From the NCBI RefSeq assembly GCF_009914755.1, contig NC_060928.1: DNA of 64,000 nucleotides; one strand, 5' to 3'. The notes beneath the pieces are model-generated. The model did not search any database. It was not told the origin of the DNA and was given only the letters and a program-made list of their open reading frames with translations. Below, piece by piece: positions 1 through 12,839 of this stretch. Each line of letters starts with the position of its first letter. Position 1 is the stretch's first letter. The DNA is from the human T2T-CHM13v2.0 reference genome, Homo sapiens. A program made the position numbers and the translations under genes.

Positions 1-2226
1 GTGTGTCCCTTCTATGCCGATTTTGCTGAGGGTTTAATCCTAAAGGAATGCTGGATTTTGTCAAATGCTTTTTCTGTGTCTATTGAGATGATCAAGTGAT
101 TTTTAATTCTATTTATGTAGTATATCACATTTATTGACTTGCAGATGTCAAACCATCCCTGCATCCCTGGTATGAAACCCACTTGATCATAGTGGATTAT
201 CTTTTGTATATGCTGTTGGATTCTGTTAGCTGGTATTTTGTTGAGGATTTTTGCATCTGTGTTCATCAGGGATATTGGTCTTTAGTTTTCTTTTCTATTT
301 TTTTTTTTTGTTATGTCCTTTCCTGGTTTTAGCATTAGGGTGATACTGGCTTCATAGAATAATTGTTGGAGGATTCCCTCTCTATCTTGTGGGATAGTAT
401 CAATAGGATTGGTACCAATTCTTCTTTGAATGTCTGACAGAACTCAGCTGTGAATCCATCTGGTCTTGGACTTTTTATTGTTGGTAGCTTTTTAATTACC
501 ATTTCAATCTTGCTGCTTGTTATTGGTCTGTTCAGAGTTTCTCTTTCTTCCTGGTTTAATCTAAAAGGGTTGCCTATTTCCAGGAATTTATCCATCTCCT
601 CTAGGTCTTCTAGTTTATGTGCGTAAAGGTGTTCAAAATAGCCTTGAATGATCTTTTGTATTTCTGTGGTATCAGTTTTAATAGTTCCTGTTTCATTTCT
701 AATTAAGCTTATTTGGATCTTCTCTCTTCATTTCTTCATTAATCTCACTAATGATCTATTAATTTTATTTATCTTTTCAAATAACCAGTTTTTTGTTTCA
801 TTTATCTTTTGTATTGTTTTGTTGTTGTTGTTGTTGTTTCAATTCATTTAGTTCTGCCCTGATTTTTGTTACTTCTTTTCTTCTACTTCTATATTACACA
901 GGTTTGAGAGGTTGTATCATTCTTACCATTCAGTTCAAAGAATTTTTTAATTTCCAACTTTATTTCATTGTTAACCCAACGTTCATTCAGGAGCAGGTTA
1001 TTTAATTTCCATGTATTTGCATGGTTTTGAGGGATCCCTTTGGAATTGATTTCCAATTTTATTCCACTGTGGTCTGAGAGAATACTTGCAATATTTTCAT
1101 TTTGTTTTAATTTGTTGAGACTTTTTTTGTGGCCTATCATATGGCCTACCTTGGAGAATGTTTCATGCATTGATGAACAGAACGTATATTCTGCAGTTGT
1201 TGGGTAGAATGCTCTGTAAATATCTGTTAAGTCCATTCGTTGTAGGGTATAGTTTAACTCTATTGCCTCCCCTATCCCCTAGGGATGTGGCTTCCTGAGA
1301 CCTGAGCTGCAGTGATTATTGTTTCTCTTCCAGATCTAGCCACCCGGCAGAGATACTGAACTCCAGGCTGGTACAGGGGAGTATGTGCAAAGCGATGTGA
1401 CCCATCTTCAGGTCTCTCAGCCATGAATACCAGCACCTACTCTGGTGGAGGTAGCAGGGGAGTGAAGTGGACTCTGTGAGGGTCCTTGATTGTATTTTTG
1501 TTAAGTGTACTGGTTTTGTGTTGGTCGGCCCCAAGCTAGGAGGTGGCACTTTCAAGAGCACATCAGCTGCAGTTGCATAGGGAGGATCAGGCAGTGGATG
1601 CAGCCATAGAGCTCCCAAGAGATTATGTCCTTTGTCTTCAGCTACAAGGGCAAGTAGAGAAAGATCATCAGGTTGGGGCAGAGTTAGGCGTGTCTGAGCT
1701 CAGCCTCTCCTTGGGTAGGACTTGCTGTGGCTGCTGTGAGATAATAGGGATGTGGTTCCCAGGCCAATGGAGTTATGTTCCCAGAGGGATTATGGTTGTC
1801 TTTGCTGCGTCACACAGGTCACCAGGAAAGTGGTAGAAAGCCAGCATCCACAGGTCTCACCCTACTCCCCCATGCTGCCTGCACCCCGAAAGGCCAGTCT
1901 CACTCCCACCATTGCCCCCTCACCCCCCCACCCCCTGCAATAGCACTGAGTTTATTTCCAGGAAGCCAGTGAACAGGGATGAGAACTTGCCCAAGGCTAC
2001 AAGCCTCCCAGCTGAGAAAGCAAGCTGACTCACAGTTCCTTGGCTGTCCCACAAAGCCTGCAGTGGCAATCACCTCCTTCAATGTGTCTGTGAATTCTCA
2101 TGGCTTTCCCGGTATGTTTCTGTGATAGTTCTTGGAGGAAAAGTATACAATGTGGGTCTCTCCACACGGCTCTGTCTGTCCAAGTGGAAGCTGCAAGTTA
2201 GTCCTGCCTCCTATCCACCATTTTCC
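1..2226 (-). mobile_element. LINE-1, L1PB-type, internally deleted (ORF2 RT/EN fragments 1-1262 joined directly to 5'UTR 1263-2226); continues off the left edge
   Basis: ORF track gives ORF2 peptides ([11 protein letters not shown]...[13 protein letters not shown]; [19 protein letters not shown]). 1263-2226 resembles the L1PB 5'UTR and ends in CTGCCTCCTATCCACCATTTTCC. ORF1 is absent. Confidence 0.85.
816..838. repeat. (TTG)n microsatellite inside L1
   Basis: TGTTTTGTTGTTGTTGTTGTTGT visible directly. Confidence 0.8.
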
Positions 2227-2536
2227 TTTTGGGTTGTCTTTTTTAAGTCAGGTTACATTTTAAAAAGATAAATTGATAGGAAACTAAGATGGCTGACTAG
2301 ACACAGCCAAGAGGAACATCTGCCACTGAGAAACCAGGATATTGGGAAAAGACTAGCACACCCTGAGTAGATGTTCAAAGGGAAGGCACTAAAAATGAAC
2401 AGATAGAGAATACAGATGTTGAGCTAAAGTGGGAGGAAGCTGGGAACCCTGCATGGGGTTACCACACACCAGGACTCATTTCTGGTCCCCAGTGACTCCT
2501 AGAAAACAGAAATGAGGCCAGTCAACTGAACCCATC

Positions 2537-2643
2537 AGACATGGTTTTGCTGTGTCCCCACCCAAATCTCATGTTGAATTGTAAACCCCACATGTTGAAG
2601 GAAGGCATGGTGGGAGGTAACTGGATAATGGAGGCAGATTTCT
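2537..2643 (+). mobile_element. MaLR LTR fragment (MST/THE1 family), 5' ~105 bp only
   Basis: ATGGTTTTGCTGTGTCCCCACCCAAATCTCATGTTGAATTGTAA matches the MST LTR start seen at 24421 and 63612. Confidence 0.8.
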
Positions 2644-3995
2644 TTCTCTACAATGAGAACTACAAAACCCTGCTGAAACAAATCAGAGATGACACAAACA
2701 GACAAAAAAAATTCCATGCTCTGAGATAGTAAGAATCAATATTGTTAAAATAGCCATACTGCCCAAAGCAATTTATAGATTCAGTACTATTCCTATTAAA
2801 CTACCAATGACATTCTTCATAGAATTAGAAAAAAGAAAGCTATTTTAAAATTTATATTGAACCAAAAAAGAGACTGAATTGTCAGAGTAATTCTAAGCAA
2901 AAAGAACAAAGCTGGAGACATCACACTACCTGACTTCAAACTATACTACAAGGCTACAGTAACCAAAACAGCATGGTACTGGTACAGAAGCAGACACATA
3001 GACCAATAGAGCAGAATAGAGAGCCCAGAAAGAATGCTACACACCTACTACCATCTTAACCATCTGATCTTCAACAAAGTCAACACAAACAAGCAATGGT
3101 GAAAGAACTCCTCGTTTAATAGATGATTCTAGGATAACTAGCCACATGCAGAGGATTGAAACTGGATCCCTTCCTTAAACTGGATCCCTTTCTTACACCA
3201 AATCAACTCAAGATGGATTAAAGACTTAACTGTGAAATCTAAAACTATAAAATTCCTGAAAGATAACTCAGGAAATACCCTTTTGGACATAGGACTTGGC
3301 AAAGATTTCATGACAAAGATGCCAAAACCAATTGCAACAAAAACAAAGATTAATAAATGGGACCTAATTAAACTAAAGAGCTCTGTGCAGCAAAAGAAAC
3401 TATTAACAGAGTAAACAGACAACCTATAGAATGAGAGAAAAATTTGGAAACTATGTATCTGACAAAGATCTAATATCCAGAATCTATAAGGAAACTACCT
3501 AAACAAATTAACAAGCAAAGAACAAACAGCCCCCTTTTGCCTACTTTAAAAAATAGGCAATGAACAGACATTTTGCAAAAGAAAACATGCAACACAGCCA
3601 ACAAGCATATGAAAAAAATGCTCAACATCACTAATCATTAGAGAAATGCAAATAAAAATGACAATCAGGTACCATTTCACACTGGTCAGGATGGCTATTA
3701 CTAAAAAGTCAAAAAATAACAGATGCAGGCAAGGTGGCAGAGAAAAAGGAATGCTTATACACTGCTGGTGGGAATGTAAATTAGTTCAGCCATTGCTGGA
3801 AAGCAGTTTGGCAATTTCTCAAAGAACTTAAAACAGAATTATCATTTGACCAAGCAATCCCATTATTGGGTATCTATTCAAAGGAATATAAATCATTCTA
3901 CTATGAAGACACATGCATGCATATGATCACTGCAGCACTATACACAATAGCAAAGGCATGGAATCAATCTGAATGCCCATCAGTAGTGGACTGGA

Positions 3996-4407
3996 TGTAT
4001 TAGTTCATTCTCACATTGCTATAATGAAATTCTTGAGTAATTTATAAGAAAAGAGATTTAATTGGCTCACAGTTCTGCAGGCTATACAGGAAGCATAGCA
4101 CCAGCATCTGCTTTTAAGGAGGACTCTGGAAGCCTACAATTATGGCAGAAGGCAAAGGGGGAGTAGGCACTTTACATGGCAAAAGAAAGGAGCAAAAGAG
4201 CAATGGGGAAGGTGTTACTTTTAAATGGCCAGATCTCACGAGAACTCACCCACTATCATGAGGACAGTACCAAGGGGGTGGTGCTAAACTATTCACGAGA
4301 AATCCTTCCTTATGATTCAATCACCTCCCACCAAGTCCCACTTTCCAACATTGGAAATTACATTTCAATATGAGATTTGGGTGATAATGCATATTGAAAC
4401 TATGTCA
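3996..4407 (-). mobile_element. MaLR solo LTR (MSTA/MSTB) inserted in L1
   Basis: TG...CA termini, 412 bp, perfect 5-bp TSD CTGGA (3991-3995, 4408-4412), typical MST sequence. Confidence 0.92.
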
Positions 4408-4884
4408 CTGGACAAAGAAAATGTGGTACATATACACCATGGAATACTATGCAGCCATACAATACAAGAATAAGATCATGTCCTCTGCAGCAACATAGAT
4501 GCAGCTGGAGGTCATTATCCTAAATGAACTAACACAGGAACAGAAAACCAAATACTACATGTTCTCACTTGTAAGTGAGAGGTAAACATTGAATACATAC
4601 GGACACAAAAAAGGGAACAAAAGACACTGGGGTCTACTTGCATCAGATCCCTGTGAAACACAATTTACCTATATAACAAACCTGCCCAGGTACCCCGAAC
4701 CTAAAATGAAAAATTTTTTTAAAAGATAAATCCGACTGCCTATGAAGAAGATATTAAAGAACGGAGTGCGAAAAGAAGCGGAGACACCAGTAAAAAGGCT
4801 ATTTCAAAAATGCGGTCAAGAGACAATATCTTCTTTGACTAGAAAATAGTTTGGTGATGATAAAATAATAATTAGAACAATAAT

Positions 4885-5950
4885 GAGTCATGATAGATTG
4901 TCTACAAAGGTGGTCACCAAAAATGCCTCTTATCCCTGTAATCCCATGCTTCCATTAGAAGATGGAATCCATTTCCCTCACCTTGAATCTGACTGGCACA
5001 GTGAAAATTATGTAGCACCAATTCTGAGCCTAGGCCTTAACATGCGTATGTTCCACATTTGCACTCTCAGAGCCCAGAGCGTCCTTACAAGTAGTCTAAC
5101 TACCTAGACAAAAAATGAGGCCCAGCCAACTCCCAGTTATTACAGCCAACCCCTCTGAGGTGTCATACATGTAAATATCTTGGATATTCCAGCCCCAGCA
5201 CCAAATGAATGCAGCCAAATGAGTCACCCCAGCTGATACGACATGGACTAGAAATACTACATGCATCAGAAAAACTACCTAAGCCCAGTGAACCCAGAGA
5301 AGCATTCTACTGAGAAGGTTAACTCCAGTAAGTTTGGAATCAGCATGAGCCATTTTGCTAAAGTACCTAAAAGGCACTGATCCCTGGTCAAAATATGAAA
5401 CTACTAATTAATATTATTGTTTTGTAAGTATGGGTCCTATGAGTTTTGGAGTGGTTTGCATCAGCTTGTGAGCACTGCTAATCAATAACAGTGAAAGTGA
5501 TTATTTGTACCTGGTCTCAGTGAGACCCATGGAGGGCTCTACTGTTGGTGCTAGTTAGGTAATAATATACCTAAATGTCCAGCAGAGTGTAAAAAACCCT
5601 GGCAAGACTCCATTTTGTGCTCCCTGATTCTGTGGTGTTCCATGCACACGTCAGTGGTTCCTGATCCAAGACAGAAAGCATGTCCTGTTATGGCCTTAGA
5701 GAGGGGAGAAAAAGTTCACGCTGGCCTCTCTGAAACCCTACGGTCTTTGACTATAAAGAATATTCTTAACTTTAATGCTCTTCCTATTTGTATTTTTTTT
5801 TCGTAATAAACTATAGATTTAAGCATTGTCATTTTGCTTTAGTAATCGAACCCTGTCTGACATTATTGGGGCAATCATGGAAAATAACAATTTGTTTTAA
5901 GGCACTACATTTTGGAGTGACTGGCTATGCAGAAACAAATAACTGAAACA
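4885..5950 (+). mobile_element. Old MaLR LTR (MLT1H/I/J-like), split by a nested LTR
   Basis: TTCCCTCACCTTGAATCTG and CCAGCCCCAG motifs at 4890-5310; MLT1 terminus TGTTTTAAGGCACTACATTTTGGAGTG...AACTGAAACA at 5890-5950. Confidence 0.65.
5325..5862 (+). mobile_element. ERVL-type solo LTR (MER21/MER68/MER77-like), nested in MLT1
   Basis: ~540-bp block interrupting MLT1; starts near GAGAAGGTTAACTCC, has AATAAA at ~5805 and ends TGACA. Confidence 0.5.
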
Positions 5951-6064
5951 ATATTTACCAAGAACATAGTATTTGCCAGGCACATTTCAATTCACAGATT
6001 TTTAAAAACTGTGCCACAAAGAAATTATTTCAAAAACAACATAGCTTGCAAGTGGTTGGGACAG

Positions 6065-6175
6065 ATAGTATTGGTTTCTAGCACAATCCTAGTTACCAAC
6101 TTCCCTTTTCCTAGCCATCTTTCACATAGAGGTGACTATGACACACTCCTGGCTAATGAATGTAAGCAATTATCA
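6065..6175 (+). mobile_element. LTR16/LTR33-like ERVL LTR fragment
   Basis: TTCCTAGCCATCTTTCACATAGAGGTGACTATGACACACTCCTGGCTAATGAATGTAAGCA resembles the LTR16/33 core motif. Confidence 0.45.
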
Positions 6176-6201
6176 GATAGAGAAAAGAGAAACCAGGGCA
6201 A

Positions 6202-6491
6202 GGCCAGGCGCAGTGGCTCATGCCTGTAATCCCAGCAGTTTGGGAGGCCGAGGTGGGCAGATCATTTGAGGTCAGGAATTGGAGACCAGCCTAGCCAACA
6301 TGGCAAAACCCCATCTCTACTAAAAATACAAAAATTAGCCGTGGTGGCATGGGCTTGTAATTCCAGTTACTCGGGAGGCTGAGGCATGAGAATCGCTTGA
6401 ACCCAGGAGGCAGAGGTGGCAGTGAGCTGAGATCATGCCACTACTCTCCAGCCTAAGTGACGGAGTGAGACTCTGTCTCAAAAAACAAAAA
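6202..6491 (+). mobile_element. AluS (AluSx/Sz-like)
   Basis: Full dimer with A-tail; TSD AGAAACCAGGGCAA at 6188-6201 and 6492-6505. Confidence 0.97.
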
Positions 6492-6509
6492 AGAAACCAG
6501 GGCAAGGTT

Positions 6510-6740
6510 GGGAGAAAAACTAATTTAATTTTGAAATGTTAGTTTTGTAGTTCCTGTAAACCAAGGGGCAGGTGTCATATAGACAATAATTCATGGAGGT
6601 CTGGAGCTCAGTGGAGAGGTCAGGGCTGTAAATACACATTGGAAGTGATCTGTATATTTGGAAGTGATTATTGTATATACATGGCATCTGAGGCCATGAA
6701 ATTAAATGTGGTGTCCAGAGAATTTCTGTGGAGAAAAAAG
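6510..6740 (-). mobile_element. LINE-2 fragment
   Basis: GTCTGGAGCTCAGTGGAGAGGTCAGGGCTGTAAATA is a characteristic L2 motif. Confidence 0.7.
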
Positions 6741-8409
6741 TGAAAACGGCTAATAATATTATGTAATATTTATGTGGTTCTCAGTATTATATCCATTTTG
6801 ATACTATATTGTTAATATCACTAATCTCTTTATAATGGCCCATATGAACCTGTGGATCATTCTAATCTTTAGACTCTACTCTAATATAATCTTGATATCA
6901 TTTACTATATTTTCCAGCTAACATCTAGATTGAATATTTTCATCAGACTGATAACTATTCCATTTTCCAGAGCTAATGAAAATATATCAATTTTAATTCC
7001 TAAAAACAAGATAATATTCAGCATCCTCTTTCTGTTATGTCATCTTATAATAAGGAAAAACAAACTTATAAGCAACTTAAAATGAAAGTTTGAAACTTAC
7101 AATATTTTCAGGCTACTTCTATCAACCTAATTTTTGCTATATGATTATACTTGACACTATCTTCTTAACAAAAGAAAATAGTTCTTTTATTTTAAATGGA
7201 CTATATTTTAAAAGTATGTGCTAAATACAGTTAACTCTTTAAGTGATCTAACCTCATGATTGATTGAATACAGAAATATATAAATTTGACTTGAAACTGT
7301 AGAAAAGAACATATATCTATTACAATTGTTTGCATAATTGCAACGTAAATTTTGGTTAATTTAGAAAGTATAATGCATTCTTTGTTTCTGTTCTCAGTAA
7401 ACAAACATGCTCTATGTGGTTCCTTTTAAACTGATTAAATTTAAACAAAATCACATAAACATGGTAAGGAAAACTCTAAGTAAAAATAAATAATTTGAAA
7501 ATTAACTTTGTATTAATCAATAATACCATTGCAAGTGTCACTGGGTCTCAGATGCAGCACTTAGGGTATATGCCATTCAAATGAGAAAAATTTAATTGGT
7601 GACAGGGCATGTTTTGCAGGATAAATCATATACTAGTTAGCTGACTATATGTTCAGTAACAGAAATGGAAACCAAAAGTAGCTTTTCCATATAAATTTAG
7701 GCAAGTAAATCAAGAAAGGCAGAATTTAAATGTAAGCTACTAGGTTTTACTGTATATTAGTATTGCTTTGGAGTTGATGGTTGTCTTATGCAGTTTTAAC
7801 CAAACATGAAATTGAGTAAAACTGATGAAAAGCCACTTTGATTCCGTATTACATCTGCTGAGTAACAATTTGTGTCACCACTGGTATTAGTAATTCAGCT
7901 GAGTCAAAAATTTAATATCGTAAATCTGAAGCTACACTCCCAAGTTCTGAAGTAAAGTAAATATGAGTAAATGTGGCCATCCTGAAAATCTCACCACAAT
8001 AATCAAGAATTATATAAGGCTTTTGTACTCAAAATTTTTTCACCAAGAGGAAATCTATACAAATAGCTTGTATAGGTTTCCTGTAATTACTATACCCTAT
8101 GTGGTACACTATCTAGTAGCAGTCAAGATTTATAATGTCTATTTTGGTAAATTGGTGCTATGTAAATGTTTGGAGTTCATTAACATTTATTACTATGCAA
8201 TGCAACGTGAACTTCCACAGAGTTATTTAATGTCAGTATAGTCTTCCTGCTCTTTACAAGTCCAAATTCCTCTTTTTAAAAGGAAAAGAAACATTATCAC
8301 TTAATGAATAATACACAGACAATTAAACACATCCAAATGAAATAATGTTAAGGGTTATAAATCTCAAATGAAGCTAAAGTACCCATATAAGATTAATTAT
8401 TATTACACT

Positions 8410-8705
8410 TGCAAAGACAGAGAATTCAAATGCCTGCTAGGACAAGGCAGGCAAATAAGTGCTAAATGGAAAACGGCGTACAGGAAATCACTCATGCTTA
8501 TCCTCAGGAGCAGCATTTAATCAGCCCCAACTGGCTATTATTAAATTCTTTTGTTCACTTTTAAGTCAAACTGGAAGTCTGGATTTGTATGTGAAATTTC
8601 ACAAGTTACAAACATTGGCAACTAACTCAATTTTTAGCAACTATGAAATAACTATAAAAATACACCTGTGGATTAAATTCAGCCCATAAGCCACCAGATT
8701 CCCCA
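8410..8705. mobile_element. hAT-type DNA transposon fossil (MER103C-like)
   Basis: TTCAAATGCCTGCTAGGACAAGGCAGG at the left and CATTGGCAACTAACTCAATTTTT...AATTCAGCCC at the right resemble MER103C. Confidence 0.45.
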
Positions 8706-11700
8706 CTTAGCTCTTTAATATCTTAGAGTATAAGTATATTTAAAAATATTCTTCTACGTGGATGACATAAGGGCTGACAAAAAAATATATATTACTCCAT
8801 ATACATAACTCCAGATCTAGTGAAATCAAAGTCTAAAAGAGGTTTGATCAATGAGTTGGCATTTTCTAAGCCTAGTTATAGTATTATCATGATGAAATTA
8901 TAATGTCCATGTTTATAAGTAGTAGCAGGGTTTCATGATCTTTACACACACTAATAGCTCTGAAACTAGGATTGCATTGGTCTGAAGAAATCTCTGAAGT
9001 GCTGTATAGGAAAAGGGCCCAATTACTCATATTTATTTAAGTAAATTATTATGTGGTAATAAGACTACTGAGTGACATCAAATAATACCTGATAGCGTAA
9101 AAAGACTGATTTTGTCTTTGCAATTCTCATTGTTATAAAACATAATACCTAACTTCCTATTATATTCACAAGTTAGTGAACATAATAAATTAGAATTTCC
9201 CGTATCTTCTGCTCAAAGAAGTATACGGAGGATGGGCAATGGCAATCAGAAAAAGAAGTAGGAAAGTAGCTCAGCTGGCCAGATGTATAGACCCCTCAAG
9301 CAGATGAATAAGGTCATCTTATTCATCTTATTAAAATGAAGATGAGGTCATCAAGTAATAAAAGTACCAGAATAAGAACTTTCTCTGACTCTGTGTGGTG
9401 GAATGTCAATATGGATTTCATATGGATGTAGGGTCAAGAAAATGATGGAGAAATTCTCATTCCCTAAATTGAGACTACTTGTAATTACCTAAGAACATTA
9501 AGACAAACAACAAGGCAATTAACACTGAAGATGAAGGAAATTCTTTGCTTATGTCTTTAATAACAGCGTTTTTTAAAGTTTTTTAAAGTGCACACTCATT
9601 AATGGGTAATTAGCGCACATGAAGATCATCAATTTAAGTACTTTTTAAAAAATATTTCTTAATTTTGGTAATAAAAACCAGCCATACATTTTTAAATTAG
9701 CATAAAAATAAGTTTTATTTCAATGAGAAGGATAATATTGTTTGCAGTCTTTCACCAAGGCAGCTATATGCAACTCAATGGTGGGCAGCTTAATTTATAA
9801 TTTAGGTTATATTTGCAGTTCATTTCTCTTGCTAGCTTCTACTTAATTAGAAAATTCTGAATTCACAATCATTGATAACTACAAATAGTGCCAACAGTTT
9901 AATGGCTGTCTGATAAGTCTGGATATTCATATTAAACATAAATGGCCCAGAAATTATGGAGTGCTGGCTCAAAGACTACTGTCAGCACTCTAACAGATGA
10001 AAAGTTGTAATATTTTACAGGCAGAAGCTGGAAGGTTGGGTGTTTCAACTTGGAAGACAACACTGACTACATTTCTAATCCACTCTTAAGTGGTTTTCAG
10101 TCCTGGAAATTAGTTGCTCATGCTCTGTTGGAACATTTGGAATTGGCTTACAAATTAGCTAAATAATACATCAACAGTTTTTTTTTTCTCCAAAGACGAA
10201 AAAAACACATTGAGCTGGGAAAAAGTCCAAATTCCAGACTCAAGCTATTTGTATTAGAGTTTGATTGTTTTAAAAAATCCTGAGAAACTATTCTCAACAT
10301 TAAAAGCACAATATTTTGGCTTGGAGGTAATGAGTTCAGGCCACTCAGGATAATAATATATGCCACTTAAAAAGACTACATGAAATCATAATCTTCTTAC
10401 TGGCATTAGATTTATATTTCATTTCAAAAGCTCATATGATCGTGTGTTTTCTGGACAACATGCTTACTTCAATGTGGTCAAATGGTTGTATCAATTATTC
10501 ATTTATTCATTATCCATACTTTAAAACCCCAACATACTGAATGCAATCTGAATGTATTCATACTTTTCACTTTTTGTTTCAAATTCAATTTTTAAAATCA
10601 GAAGGCATATAGGTTTGGAGTTTTTATTATTTTTTCTATCTTTATTGAAGTATAATAGACAAATTTTAAATTCTATACATTTAAGATGTACAATGTGATG
10701 TTTTGATGTATGAAAACATTGTGAAATGATTATAATAATCAAGCTAATTAACATGTACATCACCTCACATAACTACGTGTGTGTGTGTATGTGTGTGTGT
10801 GGTGAGAACAATTAAGAGCTACTCTTTTAGCAACTTTCAAGTGTAAACTGAATTAATAGAGTTACTATACTATAACATTAGATCTTCAGAACTTATTCAT
10901 CTTGCATACCTGTAATGTTGTACCCTTTGACCCATATTCTCCACCTCCCAGCCCCTAACAACCACTATTCTACTCTCTGCTTCTTGAACTTTTTAATATT
11001 TCACGTAAGTGAGATCATGCATCTTTCTGTGTCTGTCTTATTTCACTTAGCATAATGTCCTCCATGTTCATCCATGTTATCACAAATAATAGGATTTCCT
11101 TCTTTTTTAAGTCTGAATAATATTCCTCTGTGTGTGTATGTGTGTCACACTTTCTTTATCCAGTCATCCATTGATGAACATTAGGTTGATTCCATATCTT
11201 GACTATTGTGAATCATATTGCAATGAACATGGGAGTACAGATATGTCTTCAACATACTGATTTCATCTCCTTTGTCTATATACTCAGAAGTGGGATTTCC
11301 AGATCATATGGTAGTTCGATTTTTATATTTTAAAAAACTTCCATACTGTTTCCCATAACGGCTGTACCAATTTATGTTCCTAACAACAACATATAAGCAT
11401 TCTCTTTTTTCAACATCCTTCCCAACACCTGCTGTCATTTGACTTTTTGATAATAGCTTTTCTAAGAGGTGGGAGCTAATATCTCATTTTGCTTTTGATT
11501 TCCATGTCACTGATGATTAGTGATGTTAAGCATTTTTTCATATAACTGTTGGCCATTTGTATTTCTTCTTTTGAGAAAAGTCTATTCAGGTTATTTGCCC
11601 ATTTTAAAAATCAGGTTATTTGTTTTGTTGCCATCAATTTGAGTTCTTTCTATATTTTGAATATTAAGCCCTTATCAGATGTATGGTTTAAAAATATTTT

Positions 11701-11875
11701 TCCTATTTTGTAGGTTGTCCCTTCACTCTGTTGACTATTTTCTTTGCTGTTAAAAAAAAAAAAAAAAAAGCTTTTTAGTTTATTGCAATTCCATTTGCTT
11801 ATTTTTAGTTTTGTTTGCTCCTGTTTAGGGGATAATAGCTAAAAAAAAATTATTGCCCAGACCAAGGTCAATAAC

Positions 11876-12166
11876 CTGAAGAACTTTCAGTCTGACGTTC
11901 AAGGGCAGGAAGCGTCCAGCACATGAGAAAGAAGAAGGCCAGAAGACTCAGCAAGTCAAATCTTTCCAACTTCTTCTGCCTCCTTTTTTCTAGCCACACT
12001 GGCAGCTGATTAGATGATGCCCACCCAGATTAGGGGTGGGTCTGCCTCTCCTAGTCCAGTGACTCAAATGTTAATCTCCTTTGGCAACACCCTCACAGAC
12101 ACACCTAGGAACAATACTTTGCATCCTTCAATCCAATCAAGTTGACACTTAGTATTAATCATCACA
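11876..12166 (-). mobile_element. MLT2A (HERV-L LTR), partial
   Basis: Ends CAATACTTTGCATCCTTCAATCCAATCAAGTTGACACTTAGTATTAATCATCACA, the reverse complement of the MLT2A start. Confidence 0.9.
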
Positions 12167-12839
12167 TGCTCTAAAGAACAAACAGCTCTGAATAGGACTT
12201 CCAGTACTACATTAAATAGAAGTCATGATAATGAATATCCTTGTCTAGTTCTGGATCTTGAAAAAACGTTTTCAGCTTTTCACTATTGACTATAATGTTA
12301 GCTGTGAGTTTGTCATATATAGCCTTTCTTATGTTGAAGTACATTCCTTCTACACTTAATTTGCTGAGACTTTTGCTGAATTTTGTCAAACACTTTTTAT
12401 GCATCTATTGAGATACTGTGGCTTTTTTCCTTTATTCTTGTAATGTGATATATCCCATTTATTAATTTGAATATGTTGAACCATCCTTGCATCCAAAATA
12501 AATCCCACTTGTTCATTGTGAATAATTCATTTGGTGTGTTATTTAATTTGACTTGATAGTATATTGTTGAGAAGTTTTATATCTCTGTTCATCAGAAATG
12601 TTAGCCTGTAATATTCTTTTTTATAGTGTCCTTGTCTGGCTTTGCTATCAGGATAATTCTGGGCTAACAAAATGAGTTGAAAATGGTTCCCTCCTTTTCC
12701 ATTTTTTGAAAGAGTTTAAGAAGGATTGGTGTTAACTCTTTAAATGTTTACTATCATTCACCAATTAAACCATCAGGTCCTGTGCTTTTCTTTGTTGAGA
12801 GGTTTTTAATCAATTATTCAATTTCCTTACTCAATATTG

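Larger units (their letters stand above)
2280..4720 (+). mobile_element. LINE-1, L1PA15/16-like, heavily deleted: 5'UTR stub 2280-2536, ORF2 3' part and 3'UTR 2644-3995 and 4408-4720
   Basis: AAGATGGCTGACTAG 5' end, homologous to 62236. ORF2 C-terminal peptides ([16 protein letters not shown]; [11 protein letters not shown]; [11 protein letters not shown]). L1PA-type 3'UTR ends in an A-rich tail near 4710. Confidence 0.85.

Noticed and set aside
3159-3195. 18-bp tandem duplication (similar small ones at 15290-15340 and in the Alu at 38273)
   Set aside because: Ordinary slippage duplications inside repeats.
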